Below, in pieces: positions 44,923 to 53,770 of a stretch of 64,000 bases of DNA (its first letter is position 1; each line of letters opens with the position of its first letter). The position numbers were made by a program, and so were the translations under genes. Source of the DNA: Actinomycetota bacterium. GTDB lineage: Bacteria; Actinomycetota; Acidimicrobiia; IMCC26256; JACDBD01. Location: positions 60,634-124,633 of the forward strand of contig JBQTGU010000015.1 in the NCBI GenBank assembly GCA_052390575.1, written 5' to 3'. Below the pieces are notes generated by a model. That model was given only the letters and a program-made list of their open reading frames with translations. It searched no databases and was not told the origin of the DNA.

Positions 44923-45731
44923 CCACCATGACCACGTTGGAGGAGCTCAAGGCCAAGCAGCAGAAGATCTGGAGCAGCGGCGACTACGGCAGCATCGCGT
45001 GGCTCACGGTCCCGCTGGCCGACGTGCTCTGCGAAGCCGTCGACGTCCGGCCCGGCTCGGCGGTGCTCGACGTCGCCACCGGCACCGGACACGTCGCGCT
45101 GGCGGCGGCGCGCCGCTTCGGTGTCGTGACCGGGGTCGATTACGTCCCCGCGCTCGTCGAGACCGCCCGTGATCGCGCCGCGGCCGAGGGGCTCTCGGTC
45201 GAGTTCCAGGAGGGTGACGCCGAGAACCTCTCGTTCCCCGACGCGTCCTTCGACTTCGTGCTGTCGGCGATCGGCGTGATGTTCACCGCCGACCACCAGC
45301 GCGCCGCTGACGAGCTCGCCCGCGTCTGCCGGCCCGGGGGCGTGATCGGGATGGTCAACTGGACGCCCACCGGCTTCGTCGGCGAGATGCTCAAGACGGT
45401 GGGGAAGCACGTGCCCCCGCCGCCGGGCGCCCAGCCGCCGCCCCTCTGGGGGACCGAGGACTACGGCCGGGAGCTCCTGGGCGATCGCGTCGCCGAGTGG
45501 TCGTTCCGCACCGACTCGATCGCCGAGCGGTTCCCGAACCCGGAATTCTTCGCCGACTTCTTCGTCGCCAACTACGGGCCCACACTCAAGGCGAACGAAG
45601 CACTCGAGAACGAGCAGCGCGCCGCCTTCCGCGACGACCTCGTCGCGCTGGCGGCGCGGGCGAACCGAGCCGGCGCTGACACCGTCACTACCGACTGGGA
45701 GTACCTGGTGGCGGCGGGTACCCGGGCCTAG
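44919..45731 (+). CDS. Class I SAM-dependent methyltransferase
   Basis: Track ORF of 270 aa. Contains VLDVATGTGHVALAAARR, VTGVDYVPALVE, GDAENLSFPDASFDFVLSAIGVMF and RVCRPGG. Confidence 0.9.
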   Translation: MTTMTTLEELKAKQQKIWSSGDYGSIAWLTVPLADVLCEAVDVRPGSAVLDVATGTGHVALAAARRFGVVTGVDYVPALVETARDRAAAEGLSVEFQEGDAENLSFPDASFDFVLSAIGVMFTADHQRAADELARVCRPGGVIGMVNWTPTGFVGEMLKTVGKHVPPPPGAQPPPLWGTEDYGRELLGDRVAEWSFRTDSIAERFPNPEFFADFFVANYGPTLKANEALENEQRAAFRDDLVALAARANRAGADTVTTDWEYLVAAGTRA

Positions 45732-46705
45732 GGCGCCGGCGGCGGTCCCATAGCTCCGCCGCCGCCCGCGTTGATCGGCGTTCCTTGGAAGCAGCCGATC
45801 GTGTACGGGAACTCGTAGGTGGCGTGGTAGTGGTACATCTCCACCGTCTCGCCGTCCCACTCGATCTTGTGGGTGTGGCCGTGGCACTCGTCGAGGTCCG
45901 CATTGGTGAGCACCTCGCCGTCCTCGCCGTAGTGGCCGAAGATCCCGAAGCCGTCGAGGGCGTAGCCAACCAGGTCGGAGTGTCCGCCCTCGCCTGACTG
46001 GGCGTCCCCGATGCAGTCGCTGATCGAGTGCTGGTGGTACCCGCCGGCGTTGGGATGACCCCCGCACGAATCCAGGGCCTCCCACGCGGCCGCGTCGCGA
46101 CCGGCGGCGTCGATCCCGACATTGAGCAGTACCCCGTTGAGGCCGACGCCGGCCTCGCCCCCCGCGCAGGTGGGCTGGGCGTTCTCGGTCGGTTTCGCCG
46201 GCAACTCGAGCGTGAACGCGACCGCGGTGAGCCCGTCCATGCCCGCGAGCGGGTCGATCTGGTAGATGTCGTCGCTCGGATCGATCGGGAACACACCGGT
46301 CGGATGGTCGGGATAGCCGTTCCCCGTGATCACCCGGGTGTCGCCCTCGATCGTGACCGAGAACTCGGAGGGCCAGTCGACCGAACCGTCGACGTCGTAC
46401 TTGGTCTCGGCGTTCCAGGTGCCGTCACCGTTGAACCACGGCCCCATGGTCGGCGCGCCGGCGCCGCCGGAGCCCTGGGTGGTGCACAACATGCCGACGC
46501 CGGTTTCGGCGGCAGACCAGTTGTCGTCGCCGACGTCGAGCCGGGTGAGGTCGACGTCCTGGTCGGCGGGTTGCGTCTCCGGCTTCGGCGCCGCCGCCGG
46601 CTCGTCGTCGTCCTGCGAGCTCGAGTCGCCGCCGCCATCCCCGCCGTTGCATGCGGCCGCCGCCAGTACCAGCGCGAACGCTCCGACCCACCATGTCTTC
46701 TTCAC
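45728..46705 (-). CDS. YHYH-domain lipoprotein (paralog 1)
   Basis: Track ORF of 325 aa. Lipobox LVLAAAAC. Contains CGGHPNAGGYHQHS and DECHGHTHKIEWDGETVEMYHYHATYEFPYTIGCF. Confidence 0.8.
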   Translation of the reverse strand: MKKTWWVGAFALVLAAAACNGGDGGGDSSSQDDDEPAAAPKPETQPADQDVDLTRLDVGDDNWSAAETGVGMLCTTQGSGGAGAPTMGPWFNGDGTWNAETKYDVDGSVDWPSEFSVTIEGDTRVITGNGYPDHPTGVFPIDPSDDIYQIDPLAGMDGLTAVAFTLELPAKPTENAQPTCAGGEAGVGLNGVLLNVGIDAAGRDAAAWEALDSCGGHPNAGGYHQHSISDCIGDAQSGEGGHSDLVGYALDGFGIFGHYGEDGEVLTNADLDECHGHTHKIEWDGETVEMYHYHATYEFPYTIGCFQGTPINAGGGGAMGPPPAP

Positions 46706-46734
46706 GGTCCGTCCCCCTCGGGTTTGCTGGAGTC

Positions 46735-47784
46735 TTACTGCTCGTCGTTCGTCACCGCGACCGGCGCGCCCATCGGCGGCCCGCCCGTCGGGGGCTGGCC
46801 ACCGCCACCACCGCCACCGGCGCCCGGTCCGGTCACGGCCGCCTCACCGGCGAAGCACCCGATCACGTACGGGAACTCGGCAGTGGCGTGGTAGTGGTAC
46901 ATCTCGACGATCTCGCCGTCCCACTCGATCTCGTGGGTGTGGCCGTGGCACTCGTCGAGATCCTCGTTCGTCAGGAGCTCGCCGTCCTCGCCGTAGTGGC
47001 CGTAGATGCCGAACCCGTCGAACGCGTACCCCACGAGGTCGGAGTGGCCACCCTCGCCGCTCTGCGTGTCCTCGATGCAGTCACTGACGTTGTGGTAGTG
47101 GTACTCGCCCGCCTGCTGCGGGTGGCCGCCGCAGGCGTCCTGCGCCTCCCACGCCACCGCGTCGCGGCCGCCGGCGTCGGTCGGGTTGAACAGGACGACG
47201 CCGCTCGACAGCACGCCGATCGCTCCCCCGGGTGTGCACGACGCCGAGTCGGCGACGGTCGGCGTCGCCGGCACCTCGATGCCCAGCTCCTGCTCGCTGA
47301 TCGAGTTCGGGTTGCGGTCGTACGCGTAGACGTCGTCGCTCTGGGAGACCGGGAACTCACCCGTCGTGTGGTCGGGGAGCTCGTTCCCGGTGAAGACGCG
47401 GGTGTCGCCTTCGAGCGTGACCGCGAATTCGCTCGGCCAGCTCACCTCGCCGTCGACGACCAGCTTCTCCTCGAGGTTCCAGGTGCCGTCGCCGTTGAAC
47501 CACGAGCCTTCCGCCTGTGCACCGGCGGCGCCATCCATGAACTCGGTCTGGCACGACCACAGCAGTCCGACGCCCGCGGTGCTGCCGACGCTGTCGTCGC
47601 CCACGGGCAGATGAGTCGTGTCGACGGTTTCTTCGGCCGCGGCGGCCGTGGTGGTCGTGGTCTCCGGTGTGGTCGTCGGCGCCGCCGCCCCCCCGTCATC
47701 CGATGGGGTCGCACCGCTCGCGCCGCCGCACGCGGCCGCGACTGCCAGTGCCAATGCTGCCCCGATTCCCATCCACGTCCTCAT
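46735..47784 (-). CDS. YHYH-domain lipoprotein (paralog 2)
   Basis: Track ORF of 349 aa. Lipobox LAVAAAC. Contains CGGHPQQAGEYHYHN and DECHGHTHEIEWDGEIVEMYHYHATAEFPYVIGCF. The 3' ~200 nt are ~85% identical by eye to paralog 1. Confidence 0.8.
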   Translation of the reverse strand: MRTWMGIGAALALAVAAACGGASGATPSDDGGAAAPTTTPETTTTTAAAAEETVDTTHLPVGDDSVGSTAGVGLLWSCQTEFMDGAAGAQAEGSWFNGDGTWNLEEKLVVDGEVSWPSEFAVTLEGDTRVFTGNELPDHTTGEFPVSQSDDVYAYDRNPNSISEQELGIEVPATPTVADSASCTPGGAIGVLSSGVVLFNPTDAGGRDAVAWEAQDACGGHPQQAGEYHYHNVSDCIEDTQSGEGGHSDLVGYAFDGFGIYGHYGEDGELLTNEDLDECHGHTHEIEWDGEIVEMYHYHATAEFPYVIGCFAGEAAVTGPGAGGGGGGGQPPTGGPPMGAPVAVTNDEQ

Positions 47785-47826
47785 GGGTGCGCACGGTAGG
47801 TAACGCGTCTGCGGCGACCCCGGGGA

Positions 47827-48264
47827 TCAGCTGGGAAGTTCCTGGGAGATCCGATCGAGGAAGTCGGCGTTGGCGTCCTCGAGGTCGGCCGCGTCCGGGA
47901 GCTCGTACGACCGGAGCAAGGCCCCGCCCGCCCGTTCGCCCGCGGCCTGGATGGCGAACTGCTCGACCAGGCTCCGCCCCTCGAGCAGCGCGGCGTACCG
48001 ATCGCCCAGGTCGGGGAATCGCTCGCCGAGCGCCTCGGCGGTCGCGGTTGCGTCCGCCGCACCGGACATCAACACGTCCGCCACCTGCTCCTCCCGTGCC
48101 GCGCACTCGAGGATCCCGGCTCGGTGCTCCTCACCCACCTCGTCGGCCCATCGCCGGTACTGGTCGGCGGCGGCGCGCTCGAGGACCGCGAGCATCACCC
48201 GGTGCTCGCTCTCGGGGCAGGCGGCGAGCAGCTCGCCCGCCAGCACCACCAGGTCGTCGCTCAC
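47827..48264 (-). CDS. Hypothetical acidic helical protein, translationally coupled to the P450
   Basis: 3' 146 codons of track ORF 47827..49341. The GTG at 48264 forms a GTGA overlap with the P450 stop. VSDDLVVLAGELLAACPESEHRVMLAVLERAAADQYRRWADE... It has one ExxH and no Fe-S Cys pattern. Confidence 0.6.
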   Translation of the reverse strand: MSDDLVVLAGELLAACPESEHRVMLAVLERAAADQYRRWADEVGEEHRAGILECAAREEQVADVLMSGAADATATAEALGERFPDLGDRYAALLEGRSLVEQFAIQAAGERAGGALLRSYELPDAADLEDANADFLDRISQELPS

Positions 48265-49472
48265 GCGGCCCCCGTCTCCACCGGGAGCCGCTGGGGTCCG
48301 ATCTCGAAAAACGTGGGCACGTTCTCGAACTCGTACCCCTCGGCGAGGAGCACCGACCTGGGCGGGAACCGCTCCAGGAACGTCGCCACCCCGATGCGGG
48401 CCACCGTTCGGGCCAGGCCCGCGCCCGGACAGACGTGGGGCCCGTACCCGAAGCTGAGGTGCTGGTCGGAGTTCGGCCGGTCGAGGCGGAACTCGTCGCT
48501 GGCGTCGAAGACCTGCTCGTCGCGGTTGGCCGACCCCGTCCCCATGATCACCCGCTCGCCCGCGCTGATCTTGGTGTCGGCGATCTCGGTCTCGCGCACA
48601 CACCCGCGTGCCGCGAACAGGACGGGGGGCGCGACGCGGAGGCTCTCCTCGACCGCACGCGCCCGCGCGTCCTCGTCGGCGCGCAGGGCATCCTCGACCC
48701 CCGGAGTGGCCAGCACCTCGTGGAGGAGGTTGCCGAGGAGCTGGCTCGTGGTCGTGAGCCCGCCGGTGATGAGGTTTCGGGTGAGGGCGCGCAGCTGCCG
48801 GCGCGTCAGGCGCACGCCGTCGACCTCGAGCCGCACCAGTCGGGTGAGCACGTCGTCGGGAACGTCCTCGCCCCGCTCGATCTCGCCCACCCGCCGTTCT
48901 ACCCGCTCGTCGATGTAGCCGGCGAAGTCGGGGAAGGCGGCGGCGAAGCCCTCGCCCCGCTCGGTGCGGTTGGTGCGGGGGAACTCGCTCACCATCAACT
49001 CCTTCGCCCACGCCGCGATCGTGTCGGCGTCTCCGGCCGGCAACCCGAGCAGGTGGACCGTGACCCGGTTGGGAAGGGGGACGCTGAACGCTGCCACCAG
49101 GTCGGCGCTCCCCGGCACCGGCACCGCATCGAGCAGCGCGCCGGCGGTGTCGCGGATGAACGGCTCGGCCGCGTGCACGACCTTCGGGGTGAGCGCGGTC
49201 ACCATCACCCGCCGCACCGCGGTGTGCTGGGGCGGGTCGAGCTCGCCCAGGATCCGGTCCTCGAACGGCACCTCGACACCGGGCGCCTTCATGCCCGACG
49301 CGTTCGAGAACGACTCGGTGTCGCGCAGCGCCTCGCGACACTCGGCGTGGCGGGTGACGTAGTGCATCCCCCCGGCGATCGGCGCGACCGCACCCTCCTT
49401 CCGCAGCTTGGCCAGCAGCGGCCAGGCCCGCTGCGCCTGCCCGGGCTCGAACGGATTGAAGTCGCTCGGCAT
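48261..49472 (-). CDS. Cytochrome P450
   Basis: 3' 404 codons of track ORF 48261..49700, starting at the ATG at 49472 with GGAGGA upstream. I-helix ITGGLTTTSQ, ExxR EESLRV and heme loop FGYGPHVCPGAGLAR. Confidence 0.9.
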   Translation of the reverse strand: MPSDFNPFEPGQAQRAWPLLAKLRKEGAVAPIAGGMHYVTRHAECREALRDTESFSNASGMKAPGVEVPFEDRILGELDPPQHTAVRRVMVTALTPKVVHAAEPFIRDTAGALLDAVPVPGSADLVAAFSVPLPNRVTVHLLGLPAGDADTIAAWAKELMVSEFPRTNRTERGEGFAAAFPDFAGYIDERVERRVGEIERGEDVPDDVLTRLVRLEVDGVRLTRRQLRALTRNLITGGLTTTSQLLGNLLHEVLATPGVEDALRADEDARARAVEESLRVAPPVLFAARGCVRETEIADTKISAGERVIMGTGSANRDEQVFDASDEFRLDRPNSDQHLSFGYGPHVCPGAGLARTVARIGVATFLERFPPRSVLLAEGYEFENVPTFFEIGPQRLPVETGAA

Positions 49473-49480
49473 GGTCCTCC

Positions 49481-49653
49481 GTGCGGACGAGCGTCCCGAA
49501 GGGCGACGCCGGGTATCCCGGCGTCGAGCGAGGGAGCTGTTTGGAGGACGGTAGCGTGACGCCGCCGTCAGGGTGACCTGTGCGGACGAGCGCCCCGGAG
49601 GGCGACGCCGGGTATCCCGGCGTCGAACGAGGGAGCTATTTGAAGGGGGACGA
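49481..49653 (+). repeat. MIRU/REP-like intergenic hairpin repeat, copies 3 and 4 in tandem (99-nt period)
   Basis: The units start at 49481 and 49580 (GTGCGGACGAGCG...). The stems are at 49504-49526 and 49603-49625 (CGACGCCGGG-TAT-CCCGGCGTCG). The second unit runs into the ATG at 49654. Confidence 0.85.
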
Positions 49654-51342
49654 ATGGCGCACGACGTGGTCATCCGGGGTGGCACGCTGGTCGACGGCAC
49701 TGGCGCGCCCCCTCACCCCGCCGACGTCGCGGTCCGCAACGGGGTGTTCGTCGAGGTCGGCGAGCTCGACGACCCGACCGCCTCGACCGAGGTCGACGCG
49801 TCCGGCTGCGTCGTCGCCCCCGGTTTCATCGACCCCCACACCCACCTCGACGCCCAGCTGTGCTGGGACCCGGCGGCGTCACCCACGAGCCTGCACGGCG
49901 TCACATCGGTGGTGATGGGCCTGTGCGGGTTCGGCATCGCGCCCTGCGCCGACGGCGGCGGCGAGTACCTGCTGCGCAGCCTGGAGGTGGTCGAGGAGAT
50001 CCCGTTCGAGAGCACGTCGCTGGGCGTCCCGTTCGCGTGGACGACCTGGCCCGAGTTCCTCACCCACCTCGGCACGCTGCCCCTCGGCGTCAACGCCGCC
50101 GGGTTCGTCCCCCACTCGGCGCTGCGCTACTTCGTGATGGGCGAGCGCGCCCGCGCCGAGCCCGCCACCGCCGACGACCGCGCCGCCCTCGTCGCCGAGC
50201 TCCGCCGCTCCCTCGACGCCGGCGCGCTCGGCTTCGCCACGTCACGCGGACCGAACCACAACGACGCCTACGGCGACCCGGTGCCGAGCCGCCGCGCCGA
50301 CGACGCCGAGATCCGCGCCCTGGTGGGTGCGTGCGCCGGACGGTCGTGGCAGATCAATGTCGAGACCAAATTCAGCGGCGACGCCGCCGGCCTCGTCGCC
50401 GAGGTCGAGGGCTACGTCGGCTGGACCGAGGAGGCCGGCGCCCGGCTGAGCTGGACCCCGTTCTTCGCCGAGCCCGGCGACGACGTGTGGCAGCAGGTGC
50501 TCGAGCACAACCGCAAGGTGAACGCCCGAGTTCGGGTCGCGCCCCAGGTGCTGCCCCAGCCGATCACCACGACGCTGCGCTTCGACCGGGTCTCGGTGGC
50601 GGTGCTCGTCAAGGGTTGGGGTGAGGCCATGGGCGGCTTCTTCGACCTCGACCCCGACCCCCGCCGCGCCCGCGTCGACGAGGCCGAGTTCCGCCGCCTA
50701 CTGCGCGACGCGCCCGAGGACTGCACCGCGATGTTCGGACCCTGCTACCGGGAATGGGTCATCGCGTCGAGCCCGTCCCGTCCCGAGCTCCAGGGCACCA
50801 CCCTCGCCGAGGCCGCCAACTCGGCCGGACGCGCGCCCACCGATCTGCTCTGCGACCTCGTCGTCGCCGACGACCTTGCCACCGAGGTCCAGACGCCGGT
50901 GGTCAACCGCGATCGCGACGGCACCGCCCAGCTCGCGGGCGAGCCCACCACGATGATCGGACTGGGCGACTCCGGCGCTCACGTGATGAGCGTCACCAAC
51001 TACGCGTACCCGACCGACCTGCTCGCCCGGCTCGTGCGCGACCAGGCCCGCATCCCGCTCGAGACCGCGGTCCACCGCCTCACCGCCCACCCCGCCGAGT
51101 TCCTCGGCCTCACCGACCGCGGCACCGTCGCGGTCGGTCGTCCCGCCGACCTGTGCGTGTTCGACCTCGACCGGCTCGCGGTCGGGCCCCTCACCGTCGA
51201 GCACGACCTGCCCGGCGGTGCGCCGCGCCTGTTCCGGGGCGCATCGGGCTATCGAGCCGTGCTCGTCAACGGCGAGATCAGCGTGACCGACGACCAGCAC
51301 ACCGGCCGGGCGGCGGGCACGCCGCTGCGCGCCGGTGCGTAG
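49654..51342 (+). CDS. N-acyl-D-amino-acid deacylase (D-aminoacylase) family amidohydrolase
   Basis: 3' part of track ORF 49573..51342, starting at the ATG at 49654. Contains DVVIRGGTLVDGTG, APGFIDPHTHLD and LGDSGAHV. Length of 562 aa fits the family. Confidence 0.85.
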   Translation: MAHDVVIRGGTLVDGTGAPPHPADVAVRNGVFVEVGELDDPTASTEVDASGCVVAPGFIDPHTHLDAQLCWDPAASPTSLHGVTSVVMGLCGFGIAPCADGGGEYLLRSLEVVEEIPFESTSLGVPFAWTTWPEFLTHLGTLPLGVNAAGFVPHSALRYFVMGERARAEPATADDRAALVAELRRSLDAGALGFATSRGPNHNDAYGDPVPSRRADDAEIRALVGACAGRSWQINVETKFSGDAAGLVAEVEGYVGWTEEAGARLSWTPFFAEPGDDVWQQVLEHNRKVNARVRVAPQVLPQPITTTLRFDRVSVAVLVKGWGEAMGGFFDLDPDPRRARVDEAEFRRLLRDAPEDCTAMFGPCYREWVIASSPSRPELQGTTLAEAANSAGRAPTDLLCDLVVADDLATEVQTPVVNRDRDGTAQLAGEPTTMIGLGDSGAHVMSVTNYAYPTDLLARLVRDQARIPLETAVHRLTAHPAEFLGLTDRGTVAVGRPADLCVFDLDRLAVGPLTVEHDLPGGAPRLFRGASGYRAVLVNGEISVTDDQHTGRAAGTPLRAGA

Positions 51343-52741
51343 TCGCCGCGCCCTTGGCGCCGCGTTGGTCGCGGTCCTCGCTGCCGTCTGCGCCGGGAAC
51401 GCCGCCGCCGGCGAAGGCGACGGCAAGAACAAGGGAACACGCTGGCGCCGGCTCGGCTACGACCTGGCGTCGACGTTCCACAATCCGCGCTCGCCGCTCA
51501 CGCCCAAGCGCGCCGCCACCCTCGAGACCGCCTGGCAGTACGAGGCGCCCCAGTCGGTCAACGGCGCGCCCGCGGTCGTCGGCAACCGCGTGTACGTGCT
51601 CTCCCGTGACGCGCTCGTCGCGCTCGACGCGGACAGCGGCAGCGAGATCTGGAAGCGCGACGACATCGGCGGTTCGTCGTCGCCCACCGTCGCCGGCGGC
51701 GTTCTCTACGCCCTCGGTGGCGACCCGACGCTGTGGGCGGTCGACGCCGAGACCGGTGAGGACGTGTGGAGCGTGCTTGCCGACGACCAGGAGTTCGCGT
51801 CCGGGTTCTCGTCGCCGGTGGTCACGAAGAAAGCGGTGATCGTCGGGCTGGCGTCGATCGAGGAGGTCGCGGCCGAGTCGAACGCCACCTACCGCGGGGG
51901 CGTCGCCGCCTTCGACCGCGCGACCGGCGCCGAGCTCTGGCGCTACCGCACCGCCGAGCCCCCGTACAACGGCGTCGGCGTGTGGTCGACGGTCTCGGTC
52001 GACCTCGACACCGGCACCGTGTTCGCCACCACCGGCAACAACTACACCGAGGAGGCCGGTCCCACGTCCGACGCCGTCATCGCCCTCGACCTCGAGACGG
52101 GCGAGCCCCGCTGGATCCGCCAGGTCTCCGCCGGCGACGTGTTCACCGTCCCGTCGCCCAAGTCACAGGACTCCGACTTCGGCACCAACCCCATCCTGTT
52201 CGAGGCCGAGATCGGCGGGGAGCAGCGCCCCCTCGTCGGCGCCGGCCAGAAGTCGGGGATCTTCTGGGCGCTCGACCGCGAGACCGGCGAGATCGTCTGG
52301 CAGCGCCAGGTCAGCGACGGGAGCGCGCTGATCGGCGGTGTGTTCAACAACGGCGCCTACGACGGGAAGCGCATCATCGTCGCCGGCAACAACGGCCCCG
52401 GGGGGCCCGGGCCCGGCGACGACCGGCCGCGCACGGGCGAGGTGGGCACGTCGGTGCTCATGGCGCTCGATCCCGCCACCGGGGAGATCGAGTGGCAGCG
52501 CCCGCTCGACAACTACGTGTGGGCACCGATCACCATCGCCGACCGGGTCGGCTTCGTCGCCGTCGACCTCGAGCTCCAGGCGTTCGACACCAAGACCGGC
52601 GAGCAACTCTTCGGGCTCGAGACCGTCGGCACCATCTCGAGCGCGCCGGTGATCGCCGGCGACCGCATCTACTTCGGCAGCGGTCTGGGCTACATAGGGC
52701 CGACGACCGAAGGGCAGACCGTCTACGCCCTGGAAGGATGA
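51335..52741 (+). CDS. Secreted PQQ-like (BamB-type) beta-propeller repeat protein
   Basis: Track ORF of 468 aa. The GTG start overlaps the upstream stop by 8 nt. It has a signal peptide and repeated motifs of the type ALDADSGSEIW, AVDAETGEDVW, ALDLETGEPRW, ALDRETGEIVW and ALDPATGEIEW. Confidence 0.85.
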   Translation: MRSRRALGAALVAVLAAVCAGNAAAGEGDGKNKGTRWRRLGYDLASTFHNPRSPLTPKRAATLETAWQYEAPQSVNGAPAVVGNRVYVLSRDALVALDADSGSEIWKRDDIGGSSSPTVAGGVLYALGGDPTLWAVDAETGEDVWSVLADDQEFASGFSSPVVTKKAVIVGLASIEEVAAESNATYRGGVAAFDRATGAELWRYRTAEPPYNGVGVWSTVSVDLDTGTVFATTGNNYTEEAGPTSDAVIALDLETGEPRWIRQVSAGDVFTVPSPKSQDSDFGTNPILFEAEIGGEQRPLVGAGQKSGIFWALDRETGEIVWQRQVSDGSALIGGVFNNGAYDGKRIIVAGNNGPGGPGPGDDRPRTGEVGTSVLMALDPATGEIEWQRPLDNYVWAPITIADRVGFVAVDLELQAFDTKTGEQLFGLETVGTISSAPVIAGDRIYFGSGLGYIGPTTEGQTVYALEG

Positions 52742-52745
52742 CGGA

Positions 52746-53240
52746 GTGACGCCCGAGGACCTGGTGGAGATCGAGGCAATCAAGCGCCTGAAGTACCGGT
52801 ACATGCGTTGCCTCGACCAGAAGCTCTGGGACGAGCTCGCGACCTGCTTCACCGAGGACGCCACCGCCGCCTACAGCGGCGGCCACTACAGCATCGAGGG
52901 GCGCGACGCGATCATCGAGTGGTTACGGGACGCCATGGGCTCCGAGAACTTTCTCAGCAGCCACCGGGTGCACCATCCCGAGATCGACGTCACGAGCAAG
53001 ACGACCGCGACCGGCACGTGGGCGCTCGAGGACACGGTCATCCTCGCCGACGCCGACTTCGGGCTGCGGGGCGCCGCCTTCTACACCGACGAGTACGTCA
53101 AGCAGGATGGTGAGTGGAAGATCGCGTTCACCGGCTACAAGCGGACGTTCGAGGAGACGTTCTCGCGCGGTGACATCGCCAGCCTCCGCTTGACCGCGAG
53201 CTGGTGGGGGACCGACGGTCGGAGCGAGCTCGACGCATGA
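52746..53240 (+). CDS. SnoaL_4/NTF2-like protein
   Basis: Track ORF of 164 aa with a GTG start. IEAIKRLKYRYMRCLDQKLWDELATCFTEDA... and YTDEYVKQDGEWKI are typical of SnoaL-like_4. Confidence 0.8.
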   Translation: MTPEDLVEIEAIKRLKYRYMRCLDQKLWDELATCFTEDATAAYSGGHYSIEGRDAIIEWLRDAMGSENFLSSHRVHHPEIDVTSKTTATGTWALEDTVILADADFGLRGAAFYTDEYVKQDGEWKIAFTGYKRTFEETFSRGDIASLRLTASWWGTDGRSELDA

Positions 53241-53770
53241 AACCGGTACGGATCGCGCTCGTGGCCGTCGCCATCAGCCTCGTCGCGGGCGGCTGCATGC
53301 CACCCGAGGGAGTGCTGTTCAACGGTCGGCTCCCCGACCACATGCTCAGGACCGTGACGCCGGAATGCCGGATCGCCAGCGACCTCGCCGATCCGCTCGC
53401 CGCCATGATCCACGCCGCCCAGGCCGAAGGCATTGCGCTCTGGCCCGAGACCAGCGCGTTCCTGCCGCCGGGTGAGCCCACGCCGCCGCGGATCGAGTCG
53501 TGCTACCGCACGTTCGAGATGCAGCAGTGGTGGCGGATGTACTGGTGCTCGAAAGGCGCCTGCGGGGTCGCGGCGGTGCCGGGGCAGAGCACCCACGGCT
53601 GGGGCCGGGCCGTCGACTTCCAGGACCAGTACGGCGAGGTCCGCATCGGGTCCGCCGCGTGGAACTGGCTCGTGGCCCACGCGGCCGAGTACGGCTTCAT
53701 GCACCCGTCCGGCAATACCGAGGGGTGGCACTGGGAAGCGGTAAACCCGGGGCCCCCTCCCTCGACTTAG
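53237..53770 (+). CDS. Peptidase M15B (VanY / D-Ala-D-Ala carboxypeptidase-like) lipoprotein, paralog 1
   Basis: 3' part of track ORF 53204..53770, with an ATGA overlap. Lipobox LVAGGC. Contains ESCYRTFEMQQW, GQSTHGWGRAVDF and EGWHWE. Confidence 0.85.
   Translation: MKPVRIALVAVAISLVAGGCMPPEGVLFNGRLPDHMLRTVTPECRIASDLADPLAAMIHAAQAEGIALWPETSAFLPPGEPTPPRIESCYRTFEMQQWWRMYWCSKGACGVAAVPGQSTHGWGRAVDFQDQYGEVRIGSAAWNWLVAHAAEYGFMHPSGNTEGWHWEAVNPGPPPST

Noticed and set aside
44139-49559. 648-aa minus-strand ORF (44139..46085) and 630-aa plus-strand ORF (47667..49559).
   Set aside because: They are antisense to the cupin/NTF2/methyltransferase operon and to the P450 operon respectively, and have no motifs.
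49481-49653. Tandem repeats considered as a mini CRISPR array.
   Set aside because: There are only two units with a 99-nt period and no unique spacers between short repeats. No cas genes are nearby, and the same element occurs singly at two other loci.
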